Assembly (NCBI GenBank): GCA_002104945.1
Contig: MCFH01000016.1
Location: 812,199-876,198 of the forward strand
DNA: 64,000 nucleotides
Direction: 5' to 3'
Source of the DNA: Piromyces finnis finn
Lineage: Eukaryota; Fungi; Neocallimastigomycota
Made by a program: the position numbers and the translations under genes. Within the stretch, counting starts at the first letter, position 1, and each line of letters starts with the position of its first letter. The notes beneath the pieces were generated by a model. It was not told the DNA's origin. It was given only the letters and a program-made list of their open reading frames with translations, and did not search any database. Positions 53,933-64,000 of this stretch are shown here, piece by piece.

Positions 53933-54007
53933 TTTATTCTTTGTAAAGACAATAGTTTTAGTATTATTTATTCTTTGTAAAGACAATAATAGTTTTAGTA
54001 TTATTTA
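53933..54007. repeat. Short tandem duplication (34/37-bp unit x2)
   Basis: TTTATTCTTTGTAAAGACAAT(AAT)AGTTTTAGTATTA twice. Confidence 0.85.
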
Positions 54008-57000
54008 AATACCCTAACCTCATAAAATATAAATAATCTTTATATGTAATGTATTAACGTTAATAATTTATGTAGATGTAATTCAACACATATAAATTAT
54101 GCTTTTAAATTAATATCGTACAACTAGTTGAATAATGTAATATATTGAAATTTATAAAATAAATAATTGATAAATATTTATTTAAATTTTTATTACAATT
54201 GAAATTTATAATAATAATTCAAATATACAAACTATTATGAAACCCTTTATAAATAAAAATTTTGAGTTCTTTTTTCTTTTTCTATGGTCTTATTATAATA
54301 TTAGTAATATCTAATTATAATAATATTTGATAATACTAGTAATAATAATACTACTAACAATAAAATTTAATATTCTATATACATTTAAAATTTTTCTACT
54401 TTTTGTGTAACAATAATAATTATTAATAGAATTACATATTTTAACATACTATAAAATTTTGTATATGCTTTTTTTTAAAGAAAAAATAAAATATGAAAAA
54501 CAAACATTAGAATAGTTTAATTTTATTAGGAACTTTGAGATAATAAAGGTATAAAATTAATCTTATTATATAATAGTATCAACATCATAACGATAGATTA
54601 GTATAATTTAAAATAATAGACTCTTTTTATTTAAGCTATAAGCCATCTTTTTTTTTTTTTTTATTTTGAATTGATGAATCATATAATACAAATTAACATC
54701 ATTTTTAGAAATTAATATTTTGCAAATAATAAATAAATTAAATATTTCTTGGGTGTATTCTAAAAAAAAGGTATGTAATTGATTTGGCCCTCATAAATAA
54801 CTGATACTACACCATAATATTTTATTTTTTAATTAATACTTAATAAAGAATAATGTTTATATGAGTTTTTTATTAAATATTAATGTTAATTATTAATATT
54901 GTTTATGAGTTTTTTTTTTAAAAAATAGTTTATCTTTAATCACAATAGTGATGAAATATTAGCTATATTAATCATTATAATATTTTATATTAAATTATTC
55001 TAAAAGTAATTTCTTGTCAGCCCATAAAATAAAAAAAGAATATTTTATTAAATACAGAGAAACATATATAGTATATAATATATAATATATAATTAAAATA
55101 TATAATATCTTAATATTGTACTTTATTTTTTTTACTATATATTTTGATTTTTCATTTTAAAAACTTTATTTCATATAATAATATAATATTTAATAAAAAA
55201 GTATATATTATTTTCAAAAATTTAATATATATTTAATTAAATAAATATATATTAAATAAAAAAAGTTTTTAATTAAATTTAAAAATATTGCCTATAAAAT
55301 TAAAAATTATTATACTTCATTTTTTATCATATACATTATATAGTGATTTTAAATATTTTACTTTTTTTTCTTATGTTATTAATAATAATACTTTTTTCTA
55401 TTAGACTAGTAGTATTCTTGGTAGTAAAAAGACATAAAAATGTAATGATATCAATCAATGTCTTTTTTTTCAACAGCTGAATAAAAAAATAATTTTGAAA
55501 ATCTACTTGACAGTTTGTTTATTTTTTGGTGACAAGAATTAATAATAATAGATGTATTATCTATATATTAATATTATATATATTTTATATCCATATAATA
55601 TATAAATATAAATATTTTCTATTGATGAAGTTAAATTTTACTAATAAATATTATATTATATATAATATATATTAATTATATTCATAATAGATATTATAAC
55701 AAAAAATATATAATAACATTCCATCGATTTTTTTTTAAAATAGTTATAAAAGTATACTGAAAATTAAAACATTTACTGGTACGGTACATAGAACAATGTA
55801 ATATTCTTTGTAATTATCATAATTAAAAATTTATAAAATTTATAGTTCTTTGATTATTAATGGCTATTTTAATTTTGATAAATTGTATATTAAGAAAAAT
55901 AATAGTTTATTTCATGTTATTCGTTCTCCTTTAATTTAAAATTTTCTAATAAATAAAGTTACTTATAAATCCAATAAAATACATTATGCATTTTATTAAT
56001 TTATAATAATAGTAATTTAATTAAACATTACTCATGATTAATATTTTTTTATTTCCTAAAATGAATAAATTATTATATTAAAATTTTTCATTCTATTCAT
56101 TTTATTTCAGTAATAAAATATTATATTGTATTATTCTATAGTATTAATTTTTTAAAAAAAATCAATATATTATAAAAGGTTTTTTTTTATATAATTTTTA
56201 ATATAAAAAAATTTTTAATAATTTCTAGTTAAATTAAAATTACTCATAGTATTAAATTATATAATTTTAATATCAATTAAAATTTTAAAAAAAAATTAAT
56301 ATATTATCAAACTTTAAGGGTCATATTTTTTTATATTGTATTATATATATGTGTTTTTTTTTTAAAAAGTTTAATTTTGAAACATTATATTGATTTAGAG
56401 ACATTTTTTTTAATATATTAAAAATAATTTGTTTTTTAATCTATACTTTTATATATCAATTAAATTTTTGAGATTTTTTTTTATTTCCATTTCTTTTTGT
56501 AGGTAATTTAGAATTTAAAAAATTCAATATTTTAATTTTAATCTTCACTAAATTTTAATAACTTTTTTTTTTTTTTCGTTCTTTACATTATATTTTTCTT
56601 TGAAAAGTATCTCTAAAAGAATAATGAATATAATAGATATTCATTATATTGAAAATATGTTAAATAACAAATAATTTATGTATATGCTTCCATGTTCTTT
56701 TAATTATTACTCATTTAAAGTCATGAATAATAATTAATGCATTAAATATACCTATATTCTATTCAAACTTAATCTTTTAATCGTTCAATCAACTTGTTTA
56801 AAAAAAAGTATTGTTTTTTTTTTATTTAACGATTAGAAAGATTAATTGACTATTAATAAAAATAATAGTAATAATAATTAAAAAAGAATTGAAGTGTTAA
56901 ATAATACAGCATTTAATATTATATAATTATTATATAATATCCAATGATGATTCATAATTATTATTAAAGTAACAATATCTAATATAAAATATCTCAAAAA

Positions 57001-57905
57001 AATTAATGAAAGAATGAATAATAATGAATAATTATATTTATTATTAATTTGTCATCTTAATTGATAATTTTAATAGAATTAAAATCTACATTATTTAATT
57101 AATATGTGAATTGTAATGATAACAATATGATATTAATTTAGGATTATTTTTAATTCGTTGAGTCATTGATCTTATTGTTTTGAACTTTAATTACTAATAA
57201 AATAAAAAATTAATTTGAATTTAATATAACTTTTATTGAATAATATAAATTAATTTAATTGAAACTTATTCTAAATAATTTAAAAAAGAATGCAATATAT
57301 ATAATACATTTTAATTAATAAGAAAATTTTAATATAATAATCTGTACACCGTACAACAGCTTAATATGTATATATATTTTTGCCGTTGTTAATGTTACAT
57401 TTAAGAAATACAATGAATCAATTATATTAAAATTAAATAAGAATAAATTATAAAAGTCTCCTATTTAAGTAATTATGACTAGAAATTAATTATATTAATG
57501 AAAAATTTTTTATTTTAAAAAATATGTTTCAATATATATAATTAATTTAGATAATAATTACGGTTATTAATAAAAAAAATATATAAATAAGTTTTTTTTC
57601 CAAAAAAAAAAAAAAATTTAAAGTATATTCATAAATTAATATAAAAAAAAAAGTAATTACTTTTTTTTTTTGGTGTAAATATATATACATATATTTTTTT
57701 TACATTGAATTGTAAATTTAAAATTTTAAAAGAAAAAATAATATTTATTATAAAAAAATTTTAATATTTACATTGAGCTGTAAATACGGAATTATTTTTA
57801 TAATATAAAAAATACATTAACTTATTTTATTATCTGAAATTAAGAAATAAAATTAATAAAGAAGAAAAAAAAACACAATTTAGAATCACTAAATAAAATT
57901 TCAAA

Positions 57906-60113
57906 ATGAAATTAACCAAATTAGTTTCTACTTTAATTTTTGGTATGAATAAACATTTTATATATTAAAAAATAATAAATATTAAAAGTAAAAATAAATA
58001 AAATAAATAGAAATAGTATAAAACTAAATTTAGTATATATTATTTTTTTATAATTTATTCTTATTATAAAAATATAGCTACTTTGACAGTTGCACACACT
58101 GATTTCATTAAAGATGGAAATCGTGCTGAACTCTTTGAAATTATGGATCATGAAGTTCCAGAATTTAGAATTACCCTTCCACCAAATGAATATCAAACTT
58201 TTAAAACAGAAATAAATTCCGGTGGTGGTTTCTTCAAGCGTCAATGGAATTGGGGAAACAATGGTGGTAATAACAACTGGGGTAATGGCGGTTTCGGTGG
58301 TAATAATTGGGGTAATAATGGAGGCAACAACGGAGGCTTTGGAGGTTTCGGAGGCTTCGGAGGCTTCGGTGGAGGAGGCTTCGGCGGTGGTGGTTTTGGT
58401 TTTGGCCAAAAAGAAAATTACAAAACCAAAAATGCTACTATGGTTGTCAATATTAATGGGTAAATATAATTATATTAAATTTAATATAAATGAATTATCA
58501 AAAAGAAAAAAAAAGAAATATCTTTAAATGTTAATTTAAAAATAACTTTTTATAAATTTATATTATATAGTGGTCAAAAGTCATTTGATAAAGTAACTTT
58601 TGGTATTGGTGGTAGTTCCTCTCGTAACTATGCAAGACAAGCCTTTAACCTTAAGATTCGTGGTAAGAATGATTTATATGGTAGACAACAATTCAGAATT
58701 CGTTCTGAAGCTCGTGAAGCTACCTATTTAAGATCAAAACTTGCCTGTGATTTACATAACCGTTTAGGTCTTACTTCCATTTCTGCTAATTACATTACTT
58801 TATACGTCAACAACGAATACTGGGGATTTTATGTTCTTATGGATGCTCCAAAACCATCTTGGGCTGAACTTGAATTTGGAGATAAGGATACTACTCATCT
58901 TTTCAAATGTAAATCTGGTGGTCTTACTCTTACTTCTAGCACTAGTAATTGTGAAAATGAAAATGATGAAGCTACCGATCGTTCTGAATGGAATAGCTTC
59001 ATTTCAAACTTAGATAGAGCTAACTCTGCTTCTGAAGCTGATAGATTCTTTGATGTTGATCAATTCCTTTATGAAATGGCTTATGAATATTTATCTGGTT
59101 CATGGGATCATTATCTTAACACAGGTCACAACTTTGCTGTATACAAGAAGCCAGACAATTACGGTGGTAAATGGACTATGGTTCACTATGATTTTGATGG
59201 TGATTTCGGTCAAGATGTTTGTGCTGTCGAATTTGCAGGATCTATTAATTCTAATAAGGATTACCCATCATGGTCTTTCGAAGATTGGTCTACTAAAAAG
59301 AGTCATCTTCTTGATATCTGTATTAAGAAGGATAGAACTCGTTTCAACAAGGTAATGCAAAAATTTGTTGAAGAAGCTTTCAACCCAGATCTTCTTTTCC
59401 CACATATTGATGATTTAAAGGATATGATTAGACCATACATTAAGAAAGATAAGACTCCAGGTAGTAATGGAAAGAAGCCAGGTATGCTCAATGAAAGATT
59501 AACTTTCGATTACAGTATGGAACAATGGGAAGCCAATAGTGAATTCACTAACATTGGTCCAAGCTCCTCTAGTTCTGCTTACGGTTTAAAGTTCTGGATT
59601 CTTCTTCGTTACAGAAAGGTTTGTAAGGACTTCAACTTAAACTGTAATAAGGAATACCTTGACCTTAACTACTATTACGATATTGATAGAAGTGTTGAAG
59701 GTCCAATTAACACTCAATTTATGATGTTTGGTGGTCAACAAACAAACAATACTCCAAAAACCACTCAATCACAACCACCAAAACCAGCTACTACTAGAAC
59801 TACTACTAGAAGAACTACTACTACCACCACCAGAAAACCAGTTAGTACTTCCAGTAATGACTGTGCTGCCGCTTCTCAAGGTTATCCATGCTGCAAAAAC
59901 CAAAATGCTGAAGTTTACTACCAAGATGAAACTGGTGATTGGGGTATTGAAAATGGTGAATGGTGTGGTATCACTAAGGCTCAACAACAATGTTGGTCTG
60001 AAAAATTAGGATTCCCATGTTGTAGCAAATGTGGACAAGTTGTTTACACCGATGAAGATGGTAACTGGAGTGTTGAAAACAATGATTGGTGTGGTCTTGC
60101 CAAAAACTGTTAG
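57906..60113 (+). CDS. cotH: Secreted CotH-family kinase with Thr-rich linker and two C-terminal fungal dockerin (CBM10-like) domains; exons 57906-57942, 58078-58459, 58571-60113
   Basis: Signal peptide MKLTKLVSTLIFATLTVAH. CotH motifs FGIGGSSSR, FNLKIRG, RSEAREATYLRSKL, LYVNNEYWGFY, SWDHYLNTGHNF, YDFD. Dockerins GYPCC...DWGIENGEWC and GFPCC...NWSVENNDWC. Confidence 0.94.
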
Positions 60114-60675
60114 GCAAATTTCTTAGTTTTTTATAAATAAAATTTATTTTTTTATATCTGTAATATATTTAACAATTAAAAAAAAATATCTATCAAAACC
60201 CTATTTTCTTTAAATATAAAGAATTTTCTTGTAATATTAAATTATAAAGAAAACCCAAAGTTTGAATATAAATGCGGTAATAAAAAAAATTAAAAAAAAA
60301 TATACATAATAATAACAATGTAAAAAAGAAAAAAAAATATGTATATATATTAAATTATTTATTTCATTATTTATATAATGCATATAATTAATGATTTGTT
60401 ATTTTTTTAACATAAAAATGTATAAAAAATGTATTGATTACATTATTTTTTCTTTTAAAATATTTGTAAAATATGTAAATCCTCAAAAATAAAAAAATAA
60501 TAAATAAAAAATAAAGCAATTTTTTTTAAAAATATTTCATCGTTACACAAAATTTTCAAAAATGGTATTTTTTTCACTATTTTTCACGATATTATCATAT
60601 GGGTATCAGAAACTAGTAATCATGCTTTTGTCACTTTTACCATGTGGTTAAAAGTAATATTAATAAAACTAAATT

Positions 60676-60683
<8 letters not shown>

Positions 60684-60738
<55 letters not shown>
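60684..60738 (+). repeat. 55-nt poly(A) tract directly abutting the 5' end of LINE copy 2
   Basis: TT followed by A55; AATAAA at 60662-60667. Confidence 0.95.
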
Positions 60739-60740
<2 letters not shown>

Positions 60741-60973
60741 CTCTTGGGAACGTGCCTTCATTTATTTAATAAATGTAGTTTCTCAAGGGGGTCTACTCAT
60801 GCTCATGGTACTGAGAGAGTAGAAAGAATTAAATCCAAGCATTGCGCAATGGATGCTTGGTTAGTCTTTAAGGGAAAATTATTAAGACTAAGCTCATGGT
60901 ACTGAGCGATTAAAAAACATTTTATTCATCAAATTTAAGTATTTGATGAATAAGTGAATGTTTGATTTTTCAG

Positions 60974-61314
60974 GTAAGTTTGTATAGTATTTAATTAGAA
61001 GAGTAATACATTTTGTTGCTGTATTTTTTCTTTTATTCATGTATTCATGTAGTACTACTCTTCTCTTGTAAGAATCCAATGTAGTCAACTTTAGCATTTG
61101 CATTGTACTTTTATATTCATGTAGCTATTGTTGTATTGTTTCTTGTAAGAGACTGATTCACTCTACATCATGTAAAAATACTATTCACAAGCTTTCTGGT
61201 GTCGACATTCTTGATTCAAATTTTTTACCAATTTAAATATTTAATGAAAAGTAAAGTCAAACAAGTTTAGTGTCAAAAAGCGAATCGAATTTACTAACAA
61301 CAAACCAAAACTAG
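60974..61314 (+). other. Consensus-perfect candidate intron (341 nt) in the 5' UTR of LINE copy 2
   Basis: CAG|GTAAGT at 60971-60979, TACTAAC at 61292-61298, AG at 61313-61314. Confidence 0.6.
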
Positions 61315-61530
61315 AATTTTTAAAGAAAATTTACAACTAGAATTCAAAAAAAAGAAACTTTAAACAAAGCATCGTAACAATTTTTGTACTATCCAGTACT
61401 TTTAAGAAGAGAGAGAGAGACAGATTTTTTTCCATATACGTTATATTTACGTGGTACCCGGTCTTATGGTATCCCCTTAGATGATATTCGCTCCTTCTTT
61501 ATCCGTGGTATTCGATCATGGTCAGTAAAT

Positions 61531-64000
61531 ATGCTATGGGAAAAACTCGAGGTTATTCTAGAAGATAAATTTAATTCAGTTATTAGTGTTAAATATTTTC
61601 AAACTTTCAATGATCACTTTTTCTTAGTCAAGGTTCATGGTTCATCAAAAGATTGTATTAAAATCTTACACATGTTAAAGAAGAAACTTTCAGTTACCTC
61701 AATTTCCTTTTCAGCTCGTAGTAGAAGGAATCACAAATACACTTTTTCCACTCTCAAACGTAAAATTTTAGTTTCTAATAAACATCAACATTCTATTCAA
61801 CAATCATTTCAACAATCAGTTCAACAATCTCATCAACAATCCGATCTTCAACAAGATCTTCAACAGGATCTTCAACAAGTTTCCCATCATGAAAATATTC
61901 CAGATCTACAGCAAACACAATTTCAATCTCAACATTCAACAATTAATTCTAATAGTTCTATCAACTCTGATAACAGTTCAATAGTTGATAGTTCTTCAGT
62001 TTCACAGCCATCTAGTAATAGTTCTACTTATTCCTCTGATGCATCATCCATTAATAACGATGACTTTAATAATAATAATAATAGCAACGATTCTTCCTCA
62101 TCCAACAAGCCTGATAACTTTTCTTTTTGTCTTAGTTGGAACACCAATGGGTGGAATCATGAAAAGAGGGATAGTATTAGCTATTTCACAGCTATTTTCA
62201 AACCATTATTCTTATGTTTCCAAGAAACTGGTAATGGTTCTGGTTCGAATACAGATTATCCTTGTCGTGTTACTTTGCGAAACTATAGACACTTTTTCAA
62301 GAAAGCTGACGAATCAGTTCCGGGAATGAGAGGTTTATATTTAGGTTTTCACAATTCGTGTCAAGCCTCACTTGAAAACTTCTCTGGAAAGTATATTATT
62401 TCTATTTATACTTTTAGTCTCTGGAATAGATTCAAATGCTCGATTGGAAATGTTTATATGCCTCATAGTCATCACAACATCTATGTTGATCATGCAAAGT
62501 TAGAAGTTCGCTTGTGGTTACAAACTCATTCATCCCATCCATCGATTCTTGTTGGTGATTTTAATATGTCTAAAGTAAAATTATCCAACTGGTTATCAAC
62601 TAATGGATTAGGAGATTGGGAAATTCTTCCGCTTAGAGGGTCTACTATCTCTTGGACTCGAGGTGATCAATCTTCCGACATTGACCATGCTCTTATCAAT
62701 TCGAAGATGAAAGATCTTATTCACTCAGGATCATTTATAAATAATTTTTATCCTGTATCAGACCATAAGCCACTTCTTATTAATGGTAAAATTATTCCTA
62801 TGGAAGATTTTTCTAATGACTTTAACGTTCCTAAGAAAATTCTGAAATGGAATAGATTAAAATGTACTGAGGAAAAGGAATCTATTCTCAGTCATAATAA
62901 ATTCCAAATACTTTCAGCAAAATTCAACGATCCTAATGCTTCTACAGATGAACTTTCCAAAGAATTTACTTCAACTGCTTTTTCAATTGCAGACGAGCTC
63001 AGTATTACCTCAGCAAATAATGTTATAAAGTCTTCATTTCATATTTCACAACAAATTTTTAATCTCCAAAAAATCAAAATGAAGTTGTATAAGAGATTTA
63101 AAAAAGAAAGAATTTATGATATAGATGAATTTATTAAAAGAATTAAAATCTACCGTAAGCTCATTGATTACATCCACAAAAGATGTAATGAATTTAGGAA
63201 GCAAGAATATCTTCATTGGATTAAAACAGGATGTGAGTATATGAAGAGTCATAATCCTAAGAAGGCCTGGAAATGGATCAAAAAAACTGCAAAAATTGGA
63301 AAAGATTCTTTCTTTATTGCTCAACCAATTAAAAACAAAAATGGAGAATTAGTTGTTGCTACGGAAGAACAACTAGATGTGTGGCATGATCATTTCGAAA
63401 ATCTTGCATCAGATCCAAGTGGTGTAAGTCTTGATTTGGAGCATTGGTATGAAGAACCAACGAATAAACGTTTTTCACTTCCTATGCTTGATGAGTGGGA
63501 TATCAACCAAGATATTAGTATTGATGAAGTCAAGTCAGCTATCCTCTCTACTCCAAATTATAAAGCATCAGGTCCGGATGGTATTCCAATTGAATTTTAC
63601 AAAGCATTAATTCCATCAAGTAATGATTCTAATAATGCTACAGATAATAATTCTTCTGGTAATACTACTTCAGATAATGATGCTCATGGTTTAAATTTTA
63701 TTCTTAAATTATTTAACCGTATTTGGGATGGAGATTTCCCCAACTCATGGAATGAATCCAGTATTGTTTCTATTCCTAAGAAGGGAGATTTGACAGATTG
63801 TGATAACTATCGAGGTATATCACTTATCAATAATGGTATTAAGTTGATCTCCAAAATTGTCACCACTAGAATCTCAGAATATGGTCTAAAGAATAATTTC
63901 ATTAGACCTGAACAATTTGGTTTTCGAAAAAAGGAAGAAAGTATCAGTCTTTTCATTTCAATCCAAGAAATATGCCGTAGACGTCAATTAGATAATAAAG
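61531..64000 (+). CDS. LINE copy 2 ORF, open to the window end; first in-frame ATG is Met41 of copy 1 (MLWEKLEV...)
   Basis: Colinear with the copy 1 ORF; I found no in-frame stop, and the ORF track reports no terminated ORF in this frame. Confidence 0.8.
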   Translation, partial: MLWEKLEVILEDKFNSVISVKYFQTFNDHFFLVKVHGSSKDCIKILHMLKKKLSVTSISFSARSRRNHKYTFSTLKRKILVSNKHQHSIQQSFQQSVQQSHQQSDLQQDLQQDLQQVSHHENIPDLQQTQFQSQHSTINSNSSINSDNSSIVDSSSVSQPSSNSSTYSSDASSINNDDFNNNNNSNDSSSSNKPDNFSFCLSWNTNGWNHEKRDSISYFTAIFKPLFLCFQETGNGSGSNTDYPCRVTLRNYRHFFKKADESVPGMRGLYLGFHNSCQASLENFSGKYIISIYTFSLWNRFKCSIGNVYMPHSHHNIYVDHAKLEVRLWLQTHSSHPSILVGDFNMSKVKLSNWLSTNGLGDWEILPLRGSTISWTRGDQSSDIDHALINSKMKDLIHSGSFINNFYPVSDHKPLLINGKIIPMEDFSNDFNVPKKILKWNRLKCTEEKESILSHNKFQILSAKFNDPNASTDELSKEFTSTAFSIADELSITSANNVIKSSFHISQQIFNLQKIKMKLYKRFKKERIYDIDEFIKRIKIYRKLIDYIHKRCNEFRKQEYLHWIKTGCEYMKSHNPKKAWKWIKKTAKIGKDSFFIAQPIKNKNGELVVATEEQLDVWHDHFENLASDPSGVSLDLEHWYEEPTNKRFSLPMLDEWDINQDISIDEVKSAILSTPNYKASGPDGIPIEFYKALIPSSNDSNNATDNNSSGNTTSDNDAHGLNFILKLFNRIWDGDFPNSWNESSIVSIPKKGDLTDCDNYRGISLINNGIKLISKIVTTRISEYGLKNNFIRPEQFGFRKKEESISLFISIQEICRRRQLDNK

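Larger units (their letters stand above)
60739..64000 (+). mobile_element. Second copy of the same LINE (5' part, truncated by the window), with a ~90-nt deletion that removes the ORF start codon
   Basis: Begins CCCTCTTGG exactly as copy 1; near-identical (scattered substitutions, about 98% by eye) across the UTR, APE and start of RT. Confidence 0.96.

Noticed and set aside
55053-55061. TACAGAGAA, the METTL16 target nonamer
   Set aside because: Single intergenic occurrence, no U6-like or hairpin context; compatible with chance
57933-58409. 158-aa minus-strand ORF, and other short antisense or alternate-frame ORFs overlapping ODC, CotH, the LINE and the low-complexity genes
   Set aside because: Shadow ORFs of real coding sequence with biased codon usage
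60801-60910. CTGAG...GAAA resembling a hammerhead ribozyme core
   Set aside because: Neither CUGAGAG nor CUGAGCGA fits CUGANGA, and the CUGAG bases are paired in local hairpins

Overview
Eukaryotic, intron-containing, extremely AT-rich DNA. Tandem fungal (CBM10-like) dockerins on a CotH kinase point to an anaerobic gut fungus (Neocallimastigomycota). Genes, left to right: a partial unknown ORF, two large low-complexity proteins, a METTL16-type methyltransferase, an Ase1/PRC1 microtubule bundler, a MIT + 2x calpain-domain-III protein with no protease core, ornithine decarboxylase (ODC), a full-length LINE with poly(A) tail and 13-bp TSD, a tandem pair of Gcn4-like bZIP genes, large ATT microsatellites, a CotH-dockerin gene, and a second copy of the same LINE running off the window. 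Best leads: (1) an AUG-free ~700-nt ODC leader carrying a non-AUG uORF ending in PPW (polyamine-sensing uCC type), unusually split by a UAA in a hairpin loop; (2) a LINE whose 5' UTR has a multi-hairpin structure supported by A-U/G.U swaps between the copies, plus a retained consensus spliceosomal intron, ahead of a single RRM-APE-RT-ZnF ORF; (3) Gcn4-style micro-uORFs and a gene-conversion tract in the bZIP pair. Exon boundaries and folds were worked out by eye and no database searches were run.
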